Part shown: positions 10,339 through 19,602 of the stretch, one piece after another
How the letters are laid out: every line of letters starts with the position of its first letter
Position numbering within the stretch: position 1 is the stretch's first letter
Origin: Candidatus Latescibacterota bacterium
GTDB taxonomy: Bacteria > Latescibacterota > UBA2968 > GCA-2709665
DNA length: 64,000 nucleotides
Direction of reading: 5' to 3'
Assembly: GCA_965203805.1 (NCBI GenBank)
Contig: OZ241917.1
Coordinates: forward strand, 3,968,001 to 4,032,000
Program-made: the position numbers and the translations under genes
The notes under the pieces: generated by a model
Told to the model about the DNA's origin: nothing
Databases searched by the model: none
What the model saw: the letters and a program-made list of their open reading frames with translations, nothing else

Positions 10339-12645
10339 TCACAGGCTATAGCCGAGTGACAGCAGAAAGTTCCTGGGCGTTCCCGGCATGATCCGGTCAC
10401 GACGCCATGCGTTCTGGTAGTACCCCACATCGGTGAGGTTTTTGACGCTCAGATCCACTCTCAGGGTCTGCAGCCGGTAGGTGAGGGTGGCATCGACCCG
10501 CACGTAATCGTCAAGGAGGAAGTCATTGTTCAGATTGCCCTGGCGCTCTCCGGTATAGATCACGCCCAGTCCCACCGCCAGACCATTCGTATGGCGGTAG
10601 TTGCACCACAGACTGGCGCTGTGTTCGGGCGTATTGTCGAGATGGTTGTCCTCCCACGCGGGGCGGTCAGCATCCCTTTCGATGCGCGCGTCCACATACG
10701 CATAACTGGCGATAGCACGCAGTTGGGGGATCGGCTGCGCGGTCAGGTCGAGATCGAGGCCCCGGCTGCGCTGGCGCCCGATCTGAACGCGGTAAATGCG
10801 GTAGCGGGGATTGGTTTCGACTACGTTGGTGCGTGCCAGATCGTACAGCGCCAGCGTCGCGCTCAGGCGGTTGTCGGCGTCGGTCCACCGTCCTCCCACC
10901 TCCAATTGCGCCGCCAACTCGGGGTCGACCGGTACGACCATGTCTGGAGTTATCGGTGTGGTGTCGTCCTCCGGTTCATCGAGGATCTTCTCGCCCGACT
11001 TCGGCCTGAAAGAGCGGCTGTAGCTGGAGTAAAGGGAGAGACCACCACCGGGCTTGTAGACGACGCCCAAGCGCGGGCTCAAACTGCCGTCACTGCGGTC
11101 GTGGGTTCTGTAGGAACCGCGCTGGTTCGTACGTTCGTCGAAATCGACCCCGTCATAGCGCAAGCCCCCCAGCAGAACCCATTGGTCGCCGAGTTCCACC
11201 AGGTCTTGCAGGTACATGCCCCAACTGGTCTCTTCGCGCTCGCGGTTGCGGAAGAGGGCGAAATCCTGGGGAATGGTCAGTCCGTAGTACGGCTCCGGAT
11301 CGTAGATGTCGATCTTCAGCGCGTCGGCATCCTCCGCTTCCGGCGTGCCCTCTCGATGGACCCGATCGCCGAGCACTTCACGCTCTTTGTAGAAGGAGAG
11401 TGCCACGCCCAATAACAGCGTATGCCGAAGAGTACCCCCCTTCTGCTTGTAGCTCAGGTCGTGACGCATCGTGGTCTCGCGATAGAAGATCTCGTTGTCG
11501 TAAATGGCGCGATTGAGCAGGTTGGTGTCGCTGTCCGGATGTCCTGCGCCACCTGGCAGGCCAACGACACCGCCCCGCATGGCTTCAACCGACATTTGCT
11601 CGCGATCCCATGTGGTCTTGTAGTGGCTGAGGGCCGACGTGTGCGTCAGGCTACGAGTCCAGTTCCGGGTCGCGCGAACGGTGACCGCGCCGTTTCTCAT
11701 GGTTTCCTTGTTGTAGAGCGGATCTCCGTAGAAGCGATCGATGGGTACCGACGCAGGCTGATCCAGGATCGCGACGATGCCGGCATCGGCCGTTCTCTCG
11801 TCGCGCAACAACTCCAGATTCAGTTCCAGCGCTGTCGATTGAGACCAGCCCCAGTAGACGGAAGGGTTGACGTACCAGCGATCCTGCTCGACGAAATCGC
11901 GGAAACTCTCCGCTGTCAATCGGGAGCCGTACAGCCTGTAAAGCACTCTTCCCTCGTTGTCGAGCGGACCGGACGCCGAAAATCGGGGGCTGATGTGGCC
12001 ATAGCTGCCCGCGCTCAGGTGCAACTGGCGCGTGGAGGTTGTAGACGGTTGGGGGGTAATGGTGTTAATAATCCCCCCCGGCTCGATCGCGCCATAGAGG
12101 ATGGAGGCCGGGCCCTTGAGCACCTCCACCCGTTCGAGATTGCCCGGCTCAGCGGCAAACCGATTGTAGTACGGCACGCCATTGTGGTAGTAGTTACGCC
12201 TGGGATCCAACCGGAAGCCGCGAATGACGAAATCTTCGGAGACTGCCGAATTCGTACCGCGACTGAAAACGCCGCTCACATTCTTCAGGCCGTCCCAAAG
12301 GGTGGTGGCCAGCTGATCTTCGAGTACCTGTCTCTTGATCGTCAGAACGGATTGCGGTGTGTCTTCCAGCGGAATGGGAACCCCGAGAGCCGTGCCGCTG
12401 TGGGTGAAGGAATAGCCCGTATCGGGATCGGCGGAGACGACCAACTCAGGCAGGGTATACACCCTTGTTTCCTGCGAGGAATAGCCCGTGTCAGGTTCGG
12501 CGGAGACGACCGCGGCAGTCTCGACTGCTTCTTGCTCGGCCCAGGCGGGACTGAACAGGGGGCTGAGGATAACGGCCGAGAAAAGGGGAATGGCTCGAAC
12601 TCTTGAGGCGCTCAGCAACAACCAAAACTTCCGAAACGCTTGCAT
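10339..12645 (-). CDS. TonB-dependent siderophore/metal receptor
   Basis: Signal peptide, TonB-box-like LPELVVSA, plug motifs DTPQSV and NLERVEVLKGPASILYG..EPGG, C-terminal PGTPRNFLLSLGYSL. Confidence 0.95.
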   Translation of the reverse strand: MQAFRKFWLLLSASRVRAIPLFSAVILSPLFSPAWAEQEAVETAAVVSAEPDTGYSSQETRVYTLPELVVSADPDTGYSFTHSGTALGVPIPLEDTPQSVLTIKRQVLEDQLATTLWDGLKNVSGVFSRGTNSAVSEDFVIRGFRLDPRRNYYHNGVPYYNRFAAEPGNLERVEVLKGPASILYGAIEPGGIINTITPQPSTTSTRQLHLSAGSYGHISPRFSASGPLDNEGRVLYRLYGSRLTAESFRDFVEQDRWYVNPSVYWGWSQSTALELNLELLRDERTADAGIVAILDQPASVPIDRFYGDPLYNKETMRNGAVTVRATRNWTRSLTHTSALSHYKTTWDREQMSVEAMRGGVVGLPGGAGHPDSDTNLLNRAIYDNEIFYRETTMRHDLSYKQKGGTLRHTLLLGVALSFYKEREVLGDRVHREGTPEAEDADALKIDIYDPEPYYGLTIPQDFALFRNREREETSWGMYLQDLVELGDQWVLLGGLRYDGVDFDERTNQRGSYRTHDRSDGSLSPRLGVVYKPGGGLSLYSSYSRSFRPKSGEKILDEPEDDTTPITPDMVVPVDPELAAQLEVGGRWTDADNRLSATLALYDLARTNVVETNPRYRIYRVQIGRQRSRGLDLDLTAQPIPQLRAIASYAYVDARIERDADRPAWEDNHLDNTPEHSASLWCNYRHTNGLAVGLGVIYTGERQGNLNNDFLLDDYVRVDATLTYRLQTLRVDLSVKNLTDVGYYQNAWRRDRIMPGTPRNFLLSLGYSL

Positions 12646-12679
12646 TTCTCTTCCTGTCGTGTGCGCAAATGCGCGTGTG

Positions 12680-12707
12680 TATTGATAATGATTATTCATT
12701 ATCAATA
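12680..12707. promoter_or_regulatory. Fur-like operator 1 (TATTGATAATGA-ttat-TCATTATCAATA)
   Basis: Perfect 12-bp inverted repeat with a 4-bp spacer, about 35 bp upstream of the receptor start; resembles the Fur box GATAATGATAATCATTATC. Confidence 0.8.
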
Positions 12708-12847
12708 AGAAATGGAATTCACGATCACATCCGTACCTTTTTTCATGATCGAAGGTACAGGATCACAAAGACGAGCGGATGTTCGGTCTCTCGTGGCGGC
12801 CACCGGACATGACAGGAGCACAACCGCCGGAAAGCCCGCTTCTAAAC

Positions 12848-12880
12848 GATAATGATAATTCATTATCACTAAATAGGCAA
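12848..12880 (-). promoter_or_regulatory. Fur-like operator 2 (GATAATGA-taat-TCATTATC) overlapping a sigma70-type promoter
   Basis: Palindrome at 12848-12867; a minus-strand TTGCCT-17bp-TATCAT overlaps it. Confidence 0.7.
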
Positions 12881-12974
12881 GAAAAAATATCCGGGATACC
12901 GGTTGTGCGCAGCCTTTCGGGGTGAATCGATTCACATCTACCGCGCCTCGAACCTGGAGGCCGGTGGATCGGCA

Positions 12975-14000
12975 TTAGGCCGCCGGCCGGACCTCGAAGA
13001 TAACCACCTTGCCATCTCGCTGTCCAACTGCCAGCCTGCCCCCACGGCGCCACCGCAAGCAACTTGCGGATGATGAAAGCAGAAGCCCGCCAATGACCTT
13101 GTCGTGCTCGATGGGATCCCACACAAAGAGCCATCCATCCGCGTCTGCCGAGGCCAGCAACTTCCCATCGGGCTGAAAGACCAACTGAGTCAGCTTGCTG
13201 GAATGCGCGTCGTACTGGCGTGGTTTCCGGCCCGCCGGCCCTTTCCCGCTGCAATCCCACAGACAAACCGATTCGCCGCCGCCGGTTGCCAGCCATCGCC
13301 CGCTGGAATCCCAACTCAACTCGAGCACCTTGGTAGGGAAGCCCCACATCTGCGCGTCTTCGCCGGACTTCACATGCCAGAAATGGACCGTCGAATCTTG
13401 TTCGCCGGTTGCAATGTACTTCGCGTCGGGACTCCATGCCAGGACAAGGCTCGAACCTTTCCAGGTGTACTTCCGCGGCCGGCGCTGCCTGCCGGGAACA
13501 TGCAGGGTGATCCCGTTGTAAGCAGCCGCGGCGATCCCGGATCCGTCAGGATTCCATCCTACATCGGCGATTGTGCTTGCGTGTTCAGAAGACTCATAGA
13601 AAGGCTCGCGTTTGTCGTTCCAAACCTTGAGATGCCGGCCGGCAGCCGTTGCCAGAACATTGCGACGAGGATTGTAAACCGCCTTGCCGACCCACGGATC
13701 GCCCGCATGCAACTCGCTTAGAAGCTGCCCCGATTTCGCGTCCCAGCATTTCACCATCCCGTCGTGCCCGGTCGTGGCGAACTCCGTCCCGTCGGGACGC
13801 CAGGACAGCGAATTCGCGCCACCGGCATGTTGGCCAATGAGCCTGGGTTGTGCCGAATCGCCGTGGTCGTCGATCAGGGATACCGAACCTTCCACCGTCA
13901 CCGCGCCTAGCCTGGACGCATCGGGGGACCAGGCGATATCGATGATATAGTCGTCCAACGCGACACACCAGGACTCCGCGAGCAGTCCCTCGTTCAGCAT
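12975..14000 (-). CDS. WD40-repeat protein (no signal peptide)
   Basis: Repeated (S/A)WxPDG..LATxGxD..VxxWD units; starts 8 nt after the COG0523 stop. Alternative start at 14021. Confidence 0.9.
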   Translation of the reverse strand: MLNEGLLAESWCVALDDYIIDIAWSPDASRLGAVTVEGSVSLIDDHGDSAQPRLIGQHAGGANSLSWRPDGTEFATTGHDGMVKCWDAKSGQLLSELHAGDPWVGKAVYNPRRNVLATAAGRHLKVWNDKREPFYESSEHASTIADVGWNPDGSGIAAAAYNGITLHVPGRQRRPRKYTWKGSSLVLAWSPDAKYIATGEQDSTVHFWHVKSGEDAQMWGFPTKVLELSWDSSGRWLATGGGESVCLWDCSGKGPAGRKPRQYDAHSSKLTQLVFQPDGKLLASADADGWLFVWDPIEHDKVIGGLLLSSSASCLRWRRGGRLAVGQRDGKVVIFEVRPAA

Positions 14001-14008
14001 AGAATGAT

Positions 14009-15352
14009 CTACGTCAAGCATGCGCTGAACCCTGCATTGAGTGCCTCGCGATCCAGATTGCGACCGATAAAGATCAGCGAGTTGCTTCGCTCTCCCTCGC
14101 GCCACGGTCGATCCACACGACCATCGAACAGCATGTGAACGCCCTGGAACACGTACCGTTTCTCTTCGCCGCCAAACGCCAACACGCCTTTCATGCGGAA
14201 GATGTCCGGACCCTGGTTGGCAAGCAAATCTTGTAACCAGCCTTCGAACTTTCCGAGATCCAGATCGCCCGGCGTGTTGATTGCCACCGACGTCACCTCT
14301 TCGTCATGCTCGTGGTCCGGCTTGTATTCGCGCGTGAACAGAGCTTCGACGCGATCACCTTCTCCGTCGGTAACGAATGCTTCGAACTCATCAGGATGAT
14401 GCTCGGTGAATAGCGTGTACGCACCCGCCACCGGGACTCGCAAGACGTAAACCGGTTCGTCTCCTTCAAGATCGATTTGGCTCAACTGCTCACCCGGTTC
14501 GATCACCGCGCCGGATTGCAGGTCGATTTCATCGTCCGAGAAAACGAGCACCGCCTCTTCGACGGTGTCACGCATGGCCGACTCGGTCGCCGCCGAAGCG
14601 GAGCGAAAGTTCAATTTCATCGCTGGGTCCGGGCCCGGCTTCAGCACCAATCGATGGTCGCCCGCTGGAAGGTCGAACACACCACTCCATTCAAACGGAT
14701 ACTCGGGTTCCATGAATTTCGGATCGACGTCGAGAGCCCTATCCAGATCGAAACCACCGAGATTGAGCACCCTATCCATGTCGATCGCCGCGTCGCGGGT
14801 GCGAAAAATCCTGGCCGCCGCGTTCATCGAGTGAATTCGGGATTCCAGTTGGTCAAGCTCGGCGGATGAAACCAGATCGACTTTGTTCAGTAGAATCACA
14901 TCGGCGAACGCGATCTGCTCCCTCACTTCGTCGCTGTCGTCGATATGCAAGAGCACATGCTTGGAATCGACCAACGTAACGACGCCGTCCAGGCTCAGTG
15001 CCTCACGGAGCTCGTCATCCATGAAGAACGTTTGCGCGACCGGCCCCGGATCAGCCATCCCGGTCGTCTCGATCATGATGTGGTCAAACCTGTCCCGACG
15101 TTTCATCAAGTTGCCGAGGATGCGAATCAAGTCTCCCCGGACGGTGCAACAGATGCAGCCGTTGTTCATTTCGAAGATCTCTTCTTCAGCTCCGATCACC
15201 AGGTCGTTATCGACGCCGATCTCACCGAATTCGTTTTCGATCACGGCAATTCGTTTGCCGTGGTTTTCGGATAGAATTCGATTGAGCAAGGTGGTCTTGC
15301 CGGATCCCAGGAAACCGGTGAGCACGGTTACGGGAACAGTTTCTTCCGTCAT
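14009..15352 (-). CDS. COG0523/CobW-family G3E GTPase (metallochaperone)
   Basis: [28 protein letters not shown] and a CobW_C domain ([13 protein letters not shown]); GGAGG RBS. Confidence 0.95.
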   Translation of the reverse strand: MTEETVPVTVLTGFLGSGKTTLLNRILSENHGKRIAVIENEFGEIGVDNDLVIGAEEEIFEMNNGCICCTVRGDLIRILGNLMKRRDRFDHIMIETTGMADPGPVAQTFFMDDELREALSLDGVVTLVDSKHVLLHIDDSDEVREQIAFADVILLNKVDLVSSAELDQLESRIHSMNAAARIFRTRDAAIDMDRVLNLGGFDLDRALDVDPKFMEPEYPFEWSGVFDLPAGDHRLVLKPGPDPAMKLNFRSASAATESAMRDTVEEAVLVFSDDEIDLQSGAVIEPGEQLSQIDLEGDEPVYVLRVPVAGAYTLFTEHHPDEFEAFVTDGEGDRVEALFTREYKPDHEHDEEVTSVAINTPGDLDLGKFEGWLQDLLANQGPDIFRMKGVLAFGGEEKRYVFQGVHMLFDGRVDRPWREGERSNSLIFIGRNLDREALNAGFSACLT

Positions 15353-15381
15353 TGCATCTTCCTCCTTTTGGTCTTGGATGA

Positions 15382-15756
15382 CTACGAACTGCATTTGCTG
15401 CATTGTCCATACAGCGTGATCTCGTGCCTTTCGACCTCGAAGCCCGGCGGCGCCAGCTTCTCGATCCCCCCCGGACACCCGCTGATATCGAACGCTTCCT
15501 CGCACTCACGACAGAGAAAATGGTGATGATGAGTCCTGTCGGTCAGCTCGTAACGCGCGTCGTTGACGCCCAGTTCCACGACCCGCACTTCACCGGCCTC
15601 TTGGAGGCGCCTGAGCTGCCGATAAACCGTCGCAATGCCCAGCGTCGGCACGATGCGGGATGCCAGGTCCAGGATTTCCCGGGGGCTGAGCGGGCCGGGG
15701 GCGTCGCGCACAACCCGCACTATGGCACTGCGTTGGCTGGTGCGTCTGTTGCTCAT
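15382..15756 (-). CDS. Fur-family transcriptional regulator (Zur-like)
   Basis: [39 protein letters not shown]; AGGAGG RBS. Confidence 0.92.
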   Translation of the reverse strand: MSNRRTSQRSAIVRVVRDAPGPLSPREILDLASRIVPTLGIATVYRQLRRLQEAGEVRVVELGVNDARYELTDRTHHHHFLCRECEEAFDISGCPGGIEKLAPPGFEVERHEITLYGQCSKCSS

Positions 15757-15846
15757 GAGGATACCTCCTGACAGCGGCGGCCTGTCAGTCCGTTGAAAGA
15801 GTCCATCCGGTCTGCGTCCGGCCCTTGTGACCGAAATACGGCGTTG

Positions 15847-15879
15847 CCTTCCTGCGCCAGGCAACGCGCGGCAGGCAGG
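15847..15879. mobile_element. 33-bp palindromic micro-element, variant copy
   Basis: G|CCTTCCTGC-gccaggcaacgcgcg-GCAGGCAGG|C; same length, ends and G^C context as the 9471 and 36747 copies, different loop. Confidence 0.5.
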
Positions 15880-15932
15880 CGCTCCCTCCCCGAATCCAGG
15901 GATTCGCGCCGGTCGCCTGCAGAGCGGCTTCT

Positions 15933-16400
15933 TCAGCGGACTGCTATGGTGGGTGACTGTGACTGCCTGCAATCGGATTTCTCACAGGGTTCGGAAACAG
16001 CGAACCGTTCAAATCGGTGGCGATTCAGTTCAGCGGGCAGTTCGAGTAAAACATCCGCGTCACGCGAGGCGACGGCCCAATCCAGGAGCAACTCGTATTG
16101 CCACGGTTCCTGGATGCCGCCAAACCACTGCGTCCCCTGAGATGAGATCACACAAACGACATTGGCCAGATCGCACGGGCCTAGGCATCCGGAGATCGTC
16201 AGTTGCACCGACCTGGCGAGTCTCGCCTCTTTCCACTGTTTTTTGATCCAGTCGCGGGGGAACGGCTTGAACCCCTTGTCTGTACGACCGCAGCAACAGC
16301 CTTCGCAGAACACGATCTGACCAAGAACGCGGCTTCGTGCCGTAGCCAATGCTTCGTGTCTGCCGAGCGTTTCGTCGATGCGTTCAGTCTGAGCATTCAT
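15933..16400 (-). CDS. Cys-rich thioredoxin-like (2Fe-2S) ferredoxin-domain protein
   Basis: CEGCCCG near the N-terminus and SGCLGPCDLANV, as in thioredoxin-like ferredoxins. Confidence 0.7.
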   Translation of the reverse strand: MNAQTERIDETLGRHEALATARSRVLGQIVFCEGCCCGRTDKGFKPFPRDWIKKQWKEARLARSVQLTISGCLGPCDLANVVCVISSQGTQWFGGIQEPWQYELLLDWAVASRDADVLLELPAELNRHRFERFAVSEPCEKSDCRQSQSPTIAVR

Positions 16401-16462
16401 GTGCGTGCCTTCTTTGGCCGCTGGATACCGGACCGGTTTGACGGACTTCAGTTGGCCGGCCG

Positions 16463-17371
16463 TCAGTACGCCCGTTTTCCTGTGGCGAATTGCGATTGTT
16501 GGCCGAGCGCTTGAATCAGCGTTCCCAGATTGTGCTCGAACATCTTCTCGTAGCTGGTCGCGGGGCCGCCGCGTTCCGAGAGCGCGTCGGAGAACAGCCG
16601 GCCGGCGATCTGAATTCCGGTTTCGCGCGCGATCTGTTGAATCAGGGACGGGCTGGTGATGTTCTCAACGAACAGCGCGCCGGCGCCGACTTCCTTGAGG
16701 TGATCGATCAGCCTGGCGAGGTCCCGTGCCGACGGCTCGGCATCGGTGTCGATCCCGACCGGGGCCAGAAACGTGAGCCCATAGGCTGCCTCAAGGTACC
16801 CGAAGGCATCGTGGGCGGTCACGACTGTGCGCCGGTCGGCGGGCAGTTTCTTGAGTTGATCGAGCGCACGGTTGTGCAATTCCTCGAGTCCGGCAGTGTA
16901 GGCGCGGGCGTTGGCCTTGTAGACTTCCGCATTCTTCGGATCGATTTCCGCCATGCCGTCCGCAATATTGGCGACATACTTCATGCCGTTCGTGAGTGAA
17001 TTCCAGGCATGCGGGTCGATTTCGCCGTCAACCCTCAAAGGCGTTATGCCATCCGTCGCGACGAACACTCTGGCTTTGGTACCGGATGTTTCGATCAGGG
17101 TTTGCGACCAGGTCTCGAAGCCCAGACCGTTGACAAAGATCACCTCAGCGTTTGTCACTGCTTTGGCGTCGGCCGCGTTGGGCGTGTAAACGTGCGCATC
17201 CGCGTCCGGGCCGACAATGGTTGTCACCTCGGCCAAATCGCCGGTGGCCTGGCGCACCATATCTCCGAGGATGGAAAAGCTGGCGACAACCTTGATTTTG
17301 TCCTGGGCGGCCGCCGGGATCAAGGTCAAAACCAGGCCCGCCAGCAGCAGTGCCGGGAAGCGTCTTTGCAT
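16463..17371 (-). CDS. Zn/Mn ABC transporter substrate-binding protein (AztC-like, cluster A-I)
   Basis: Signal peptide, VVASFSILGD, DAHVY, DPHAW, HDAFGY, SDALS. Confidence 0.93.
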   Translation of the reverse strand: MQRRFPALLLAGLVLTLIPAAAQDKIKVVASFSILGDMVRQATGDLAEVTTIVGPDADAHVYTPNAADAKAVTNAEVIFVNGLGFETWSQTLIETSGTKARVFVATDGITPLRVDGEIDPHAWNSLTNGMKYVANIADGMAEIDPKNAEVYKANARAYTAGLEELHNRALDQLKKLPADRRTVVTAHDAFGYLEAAYGLTFLAPVGIDTDAEPSARDLARLIDHLKEVGAGALFVENITSPSLIQQIARETGIQIAGRLFSDALSERGGPATSYEKMFEHNLGTLIQALGQQSQFATGKRAY

Positions 17372-17412
17372 GGGTCTTTCCCTTGGTTTGAGTTCTGGTT
17401 GGTGGACAGGGG

Positions 17413-18261
17413 TTAGCGGCGGTACGGATTGAGGCGTGCGCCGACATGAAATCCTTGCGGTGCGAAGTTCAGGCTGAAGATGAAAAAGACCGCCGCAACC
17501 AGCACGATTGCGGGACCTGCCGGCACGTCCGGCAAATAGAACGACACGATCAGCCCGATCCAGCAGCTCAGCAGCGCGCACGTGAAGGTCACGATCAAAT
17601 AGCCGGTGATCGTCGAGACCCAGTAACGCGCCGCCGTCGCCGGCAGGATCATCAGCCCCACCGCCATCAGCGTGCCGAGCGCCTTGAAGGCCCCCAACAG
17701 ATTGAGCACGACCAGAAACATGAACCAGTGAGTCACGAGGCCCGGGCGCCTGGACTGGCTCTCATGGAAGACCGGATCGATTGTATTGATGATCAGCGGC
17801 CTGATGATCAGCGCGAAGCTCACCAGTGTGATTGTAGCCGTCGTCCCGATCAGAATGAGGGTTTCGTCGTCGATACCGAGGATCGAACCGAAGAGGAAAC
17901 TCTTCAGCGGCACCGCGGAGCCGGCGGCGGACAAGATGAAGATGCCGAGCGCAAGGGCGATCAGGTAGAGCGACGCCAGACTCGCATCCTCGCGGATGAT
18001 CGTCATACGGGCGAGCAGGCTGGTCAGCGCGGCGATGGTGATACCGGCGGCCAACCCGCCAACGATCATGGATCCCACCGACAGACCGGCGATCACGAAA
18101 GCGATGGCGATTCCCGGTACGATGGCGTGAGCCATCGCCTCGCCGGCGAGCGACAGGCGCCTGAGCACCAGGAATGCTCCGACCGGGGCGACGGAGAAAC
18201 TCAGCACCGTCGTCGCGGTCAGTGCCCGGACCATGAACGCGTAGTCGAGCCACTCAAACAT
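17413..18261 (-). CDS. Zn/Mn ABC transporter permease (AztB-like)
   Basis: FMVRAL..GAFLVLRRLSLAGEAMAHAIVPG, FLFGSIL, ILPATAAR; multi-TM. Confidence 0.93.
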   Translation of the reverse strand: MFEWLDYAFMVRALTATTVLSFSVAPVGAFLVLRRLSLAGEAMAHAIVPGIAIAFVIAGLSVGSMIVGGLAAGITIAALTSLLARMTIIREDASLASLYLIALALGIFILSAAGSAVPLKSFLFGSILGIDDETLILIGTTATITLVSFALIIRPLIINTIDPVFHESQSRRPGLVTHWFMFLVVLNLLGAFKALGTLMAVGLMILPATAARYWVSTITGYLIVTFTCALLSCWIGLIVSFYLPDVPAGPAIVLVAAVFFIFSLNFAPQGFHVGARLNPYRR

Positions 18262-19015
18262 CGTTTGCTTTCGATTGCAGGTACATGCCTTCGATCCAGG
18301 CGGCCTGGCTTTGCGACAGGTACCGGTAAGCGACCAGATTGTGGGGCGTAAGCGTTTCTTTCGGAGCACCGAAAAGCGCGCGGCCGTCTCCCAGGAGCAG
18401 CGCTGAGGTGCAATGTTGCAGAACGGCGGAAAGATCGTGCAGAACCAGGATGATCGTGCGTCCTTCCGCGGCCCAGCTGTCGATCAACGCCAGCAGAGCC
18501 GCTTCCGTTGACTGGTCGACCGCCGTAAACGGCTCATCCAACAGGATCAGCGGCGCATCCTGAACCATGGTCCGGGCAAATAGCGCCCGTTGCAACTGAC
18601 CCGCGGATAGTTTGTGCAAAGGCATGTCGGCGATCTCGGCTGTGCCCGTGCGCTCGAGCGCGCACCTGATCCGAGCCCGGCACTCACTATCGATGCGGCC
18701 GAGAAACCCCAGGTTGGGCCACGCGCCCATTGCCGCCACGTCGCGGGCCCGGATGGGAAAGCGGCTGTCGAACTCGGTTCTCTGGCCCAGATAGGCAATT
18801 GTCCGCGGCCGCCCGGTGGGCCAGTTGAGCGTGCCGGCAAGTGGCGGCAAGGCGCCCAACAGTGTTTTGATCAGGGTCGATTTTCCCGATCCGTTGTGAC
18901 CGACAACAGCGAGCACATCGCCGAGCGCAAGGTTGAACGCGACGTCTTCAGCGACGGTCTCGGTCCCATAGCCGAGCGCGAGTCCGGTTGCCGAAAGGAG
19001 GTTTGGGTTCGCCAT
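18254..19015 (-). CDS. Zn/Mn ABC transporter ATP-binding protein (AztA-like)
   Basis: Walker A GHNGSGKST, signature LSAGQLQR, Walker B LLDEP, LHD. Confidence 0.95.
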   Translation of the reverse strand: MANPNLLSATGLALGYGTETVAEDVAFNLALGDVLAVVGHNGSGKSTLIKTLLGALPPLAGTLNWPTGRPRTIAYLGQRTEFDSRFPIRARDVAAMGAWPNLGFLGRIDSECRARIRCALERTGTAEIADMPLHKLSAGQLQRALFARTMVQDAPLILLDEPFTAVDQSTEAALLALIDSWAAEGRTIILVLHDLSAVLQHCTSALLLGDGRALFGAPKETLTPHNLVAYRYLSQSQAAWIEGMYLQSKANDV

Positions 19016-19030
19016 CGGCTCTTGTCGGAC

Positions 19031-19162
19031 TTAAATGCCGAGGGTTGCGGCGATGATGGCCCAAAGTCCCGCGCAGGCAACGCTGACTGCAATTAGATGA
19101 TGGAGCGTACTGGCAGCTGTAAGATCAAATGCCGCCAGGCTTTGAGACAGTAAGTCTTGCAA
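19031..19162 (-). CDS. Small 43-aa membrane protein leading the azt-like operon (not in the ORF track)
   Basis: AAGGAGAG RBS and TTG start; MQDLLSQSLAAFDLTAASTLHHLIAVSVACAGLWAIIAATLGI; one C-terminal TM helix; stop 15 nt before the ATPase start. Confidence 0.6.
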   Translation of the reverse strand: MQDLLSQSLAAFDLTAASTLHHLIAVSVACAGLWAIIAATLGI

Positions 19163-19259
19163 GTTCGTAATTCTCTCCTTCGGGTACGCCCGACCGGTGA
19201 TGGGTTTCAAAATGCCTGGCAGGTCTTCCGGCTCACGGTTGACCTGGACTCGACCTCAA

Positions 19260-19288
19260 ATAATACTGCATTATCATTAAGAAGTCAA
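19260..19288 (-). promoter_or_regulatory. sigma70-type promoter with overlapping Fur/Zur-like palindrome
   Basis: Minus strand TTGACT (19283-19288), 17 bp, TATTAT (19260-19265); ATAAT-actgc-ATTAT overlaps the -10 element. Confidence 0.65.
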
Positions 19289-19289
19289 T

Positions 19290-19468
19290 TCATCCTGAGG
19301 AGGCCGCTTTGCCTGCCAGCGCATCATTGGCAGGCGGGCCGACGAAGGATCTACTGCGGCATGGGACCGTCCCCGCGCGAATTGCCGGTGTCGATACCTG
19401 AGAGGCGGCACGTCCGTCCATTCGTAGAACGGAAGTGACGGTTGATTCTTCGCTGCGCTCAGAAAGAC
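19290..19468. repeat. MITE/REP-like element, family B (TCATCCTGAG..GAAGGATCT / GATTCTTCGCTGCGCTCAGAATGAC ends)
   Basis: The right-end motif recurs at 32479-32504, 35373-35398 and 48461-48486; the left-end motif recurs near 32665 and 48541. Confidence 0.7.
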
Positions 19469-19602
19469 CTGCTGGCGGCTAACTATTCGGGAAAAGCTTG
19501 CACTGGAAGAAAAAATCGCATAACATGCTGGATCGGAACGGGGTACGGCGAAGAACGGTAGTGCAAAGAACGCGACCTCCCGATCAGCATAAGGATGATG
19601 TT

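Noticed and set aside
12975-14000. Calling the WD40 protein AztD
   Set aside because: It has no signal peptide and is coupled to the COG0523 gene rather than to the binding protein.
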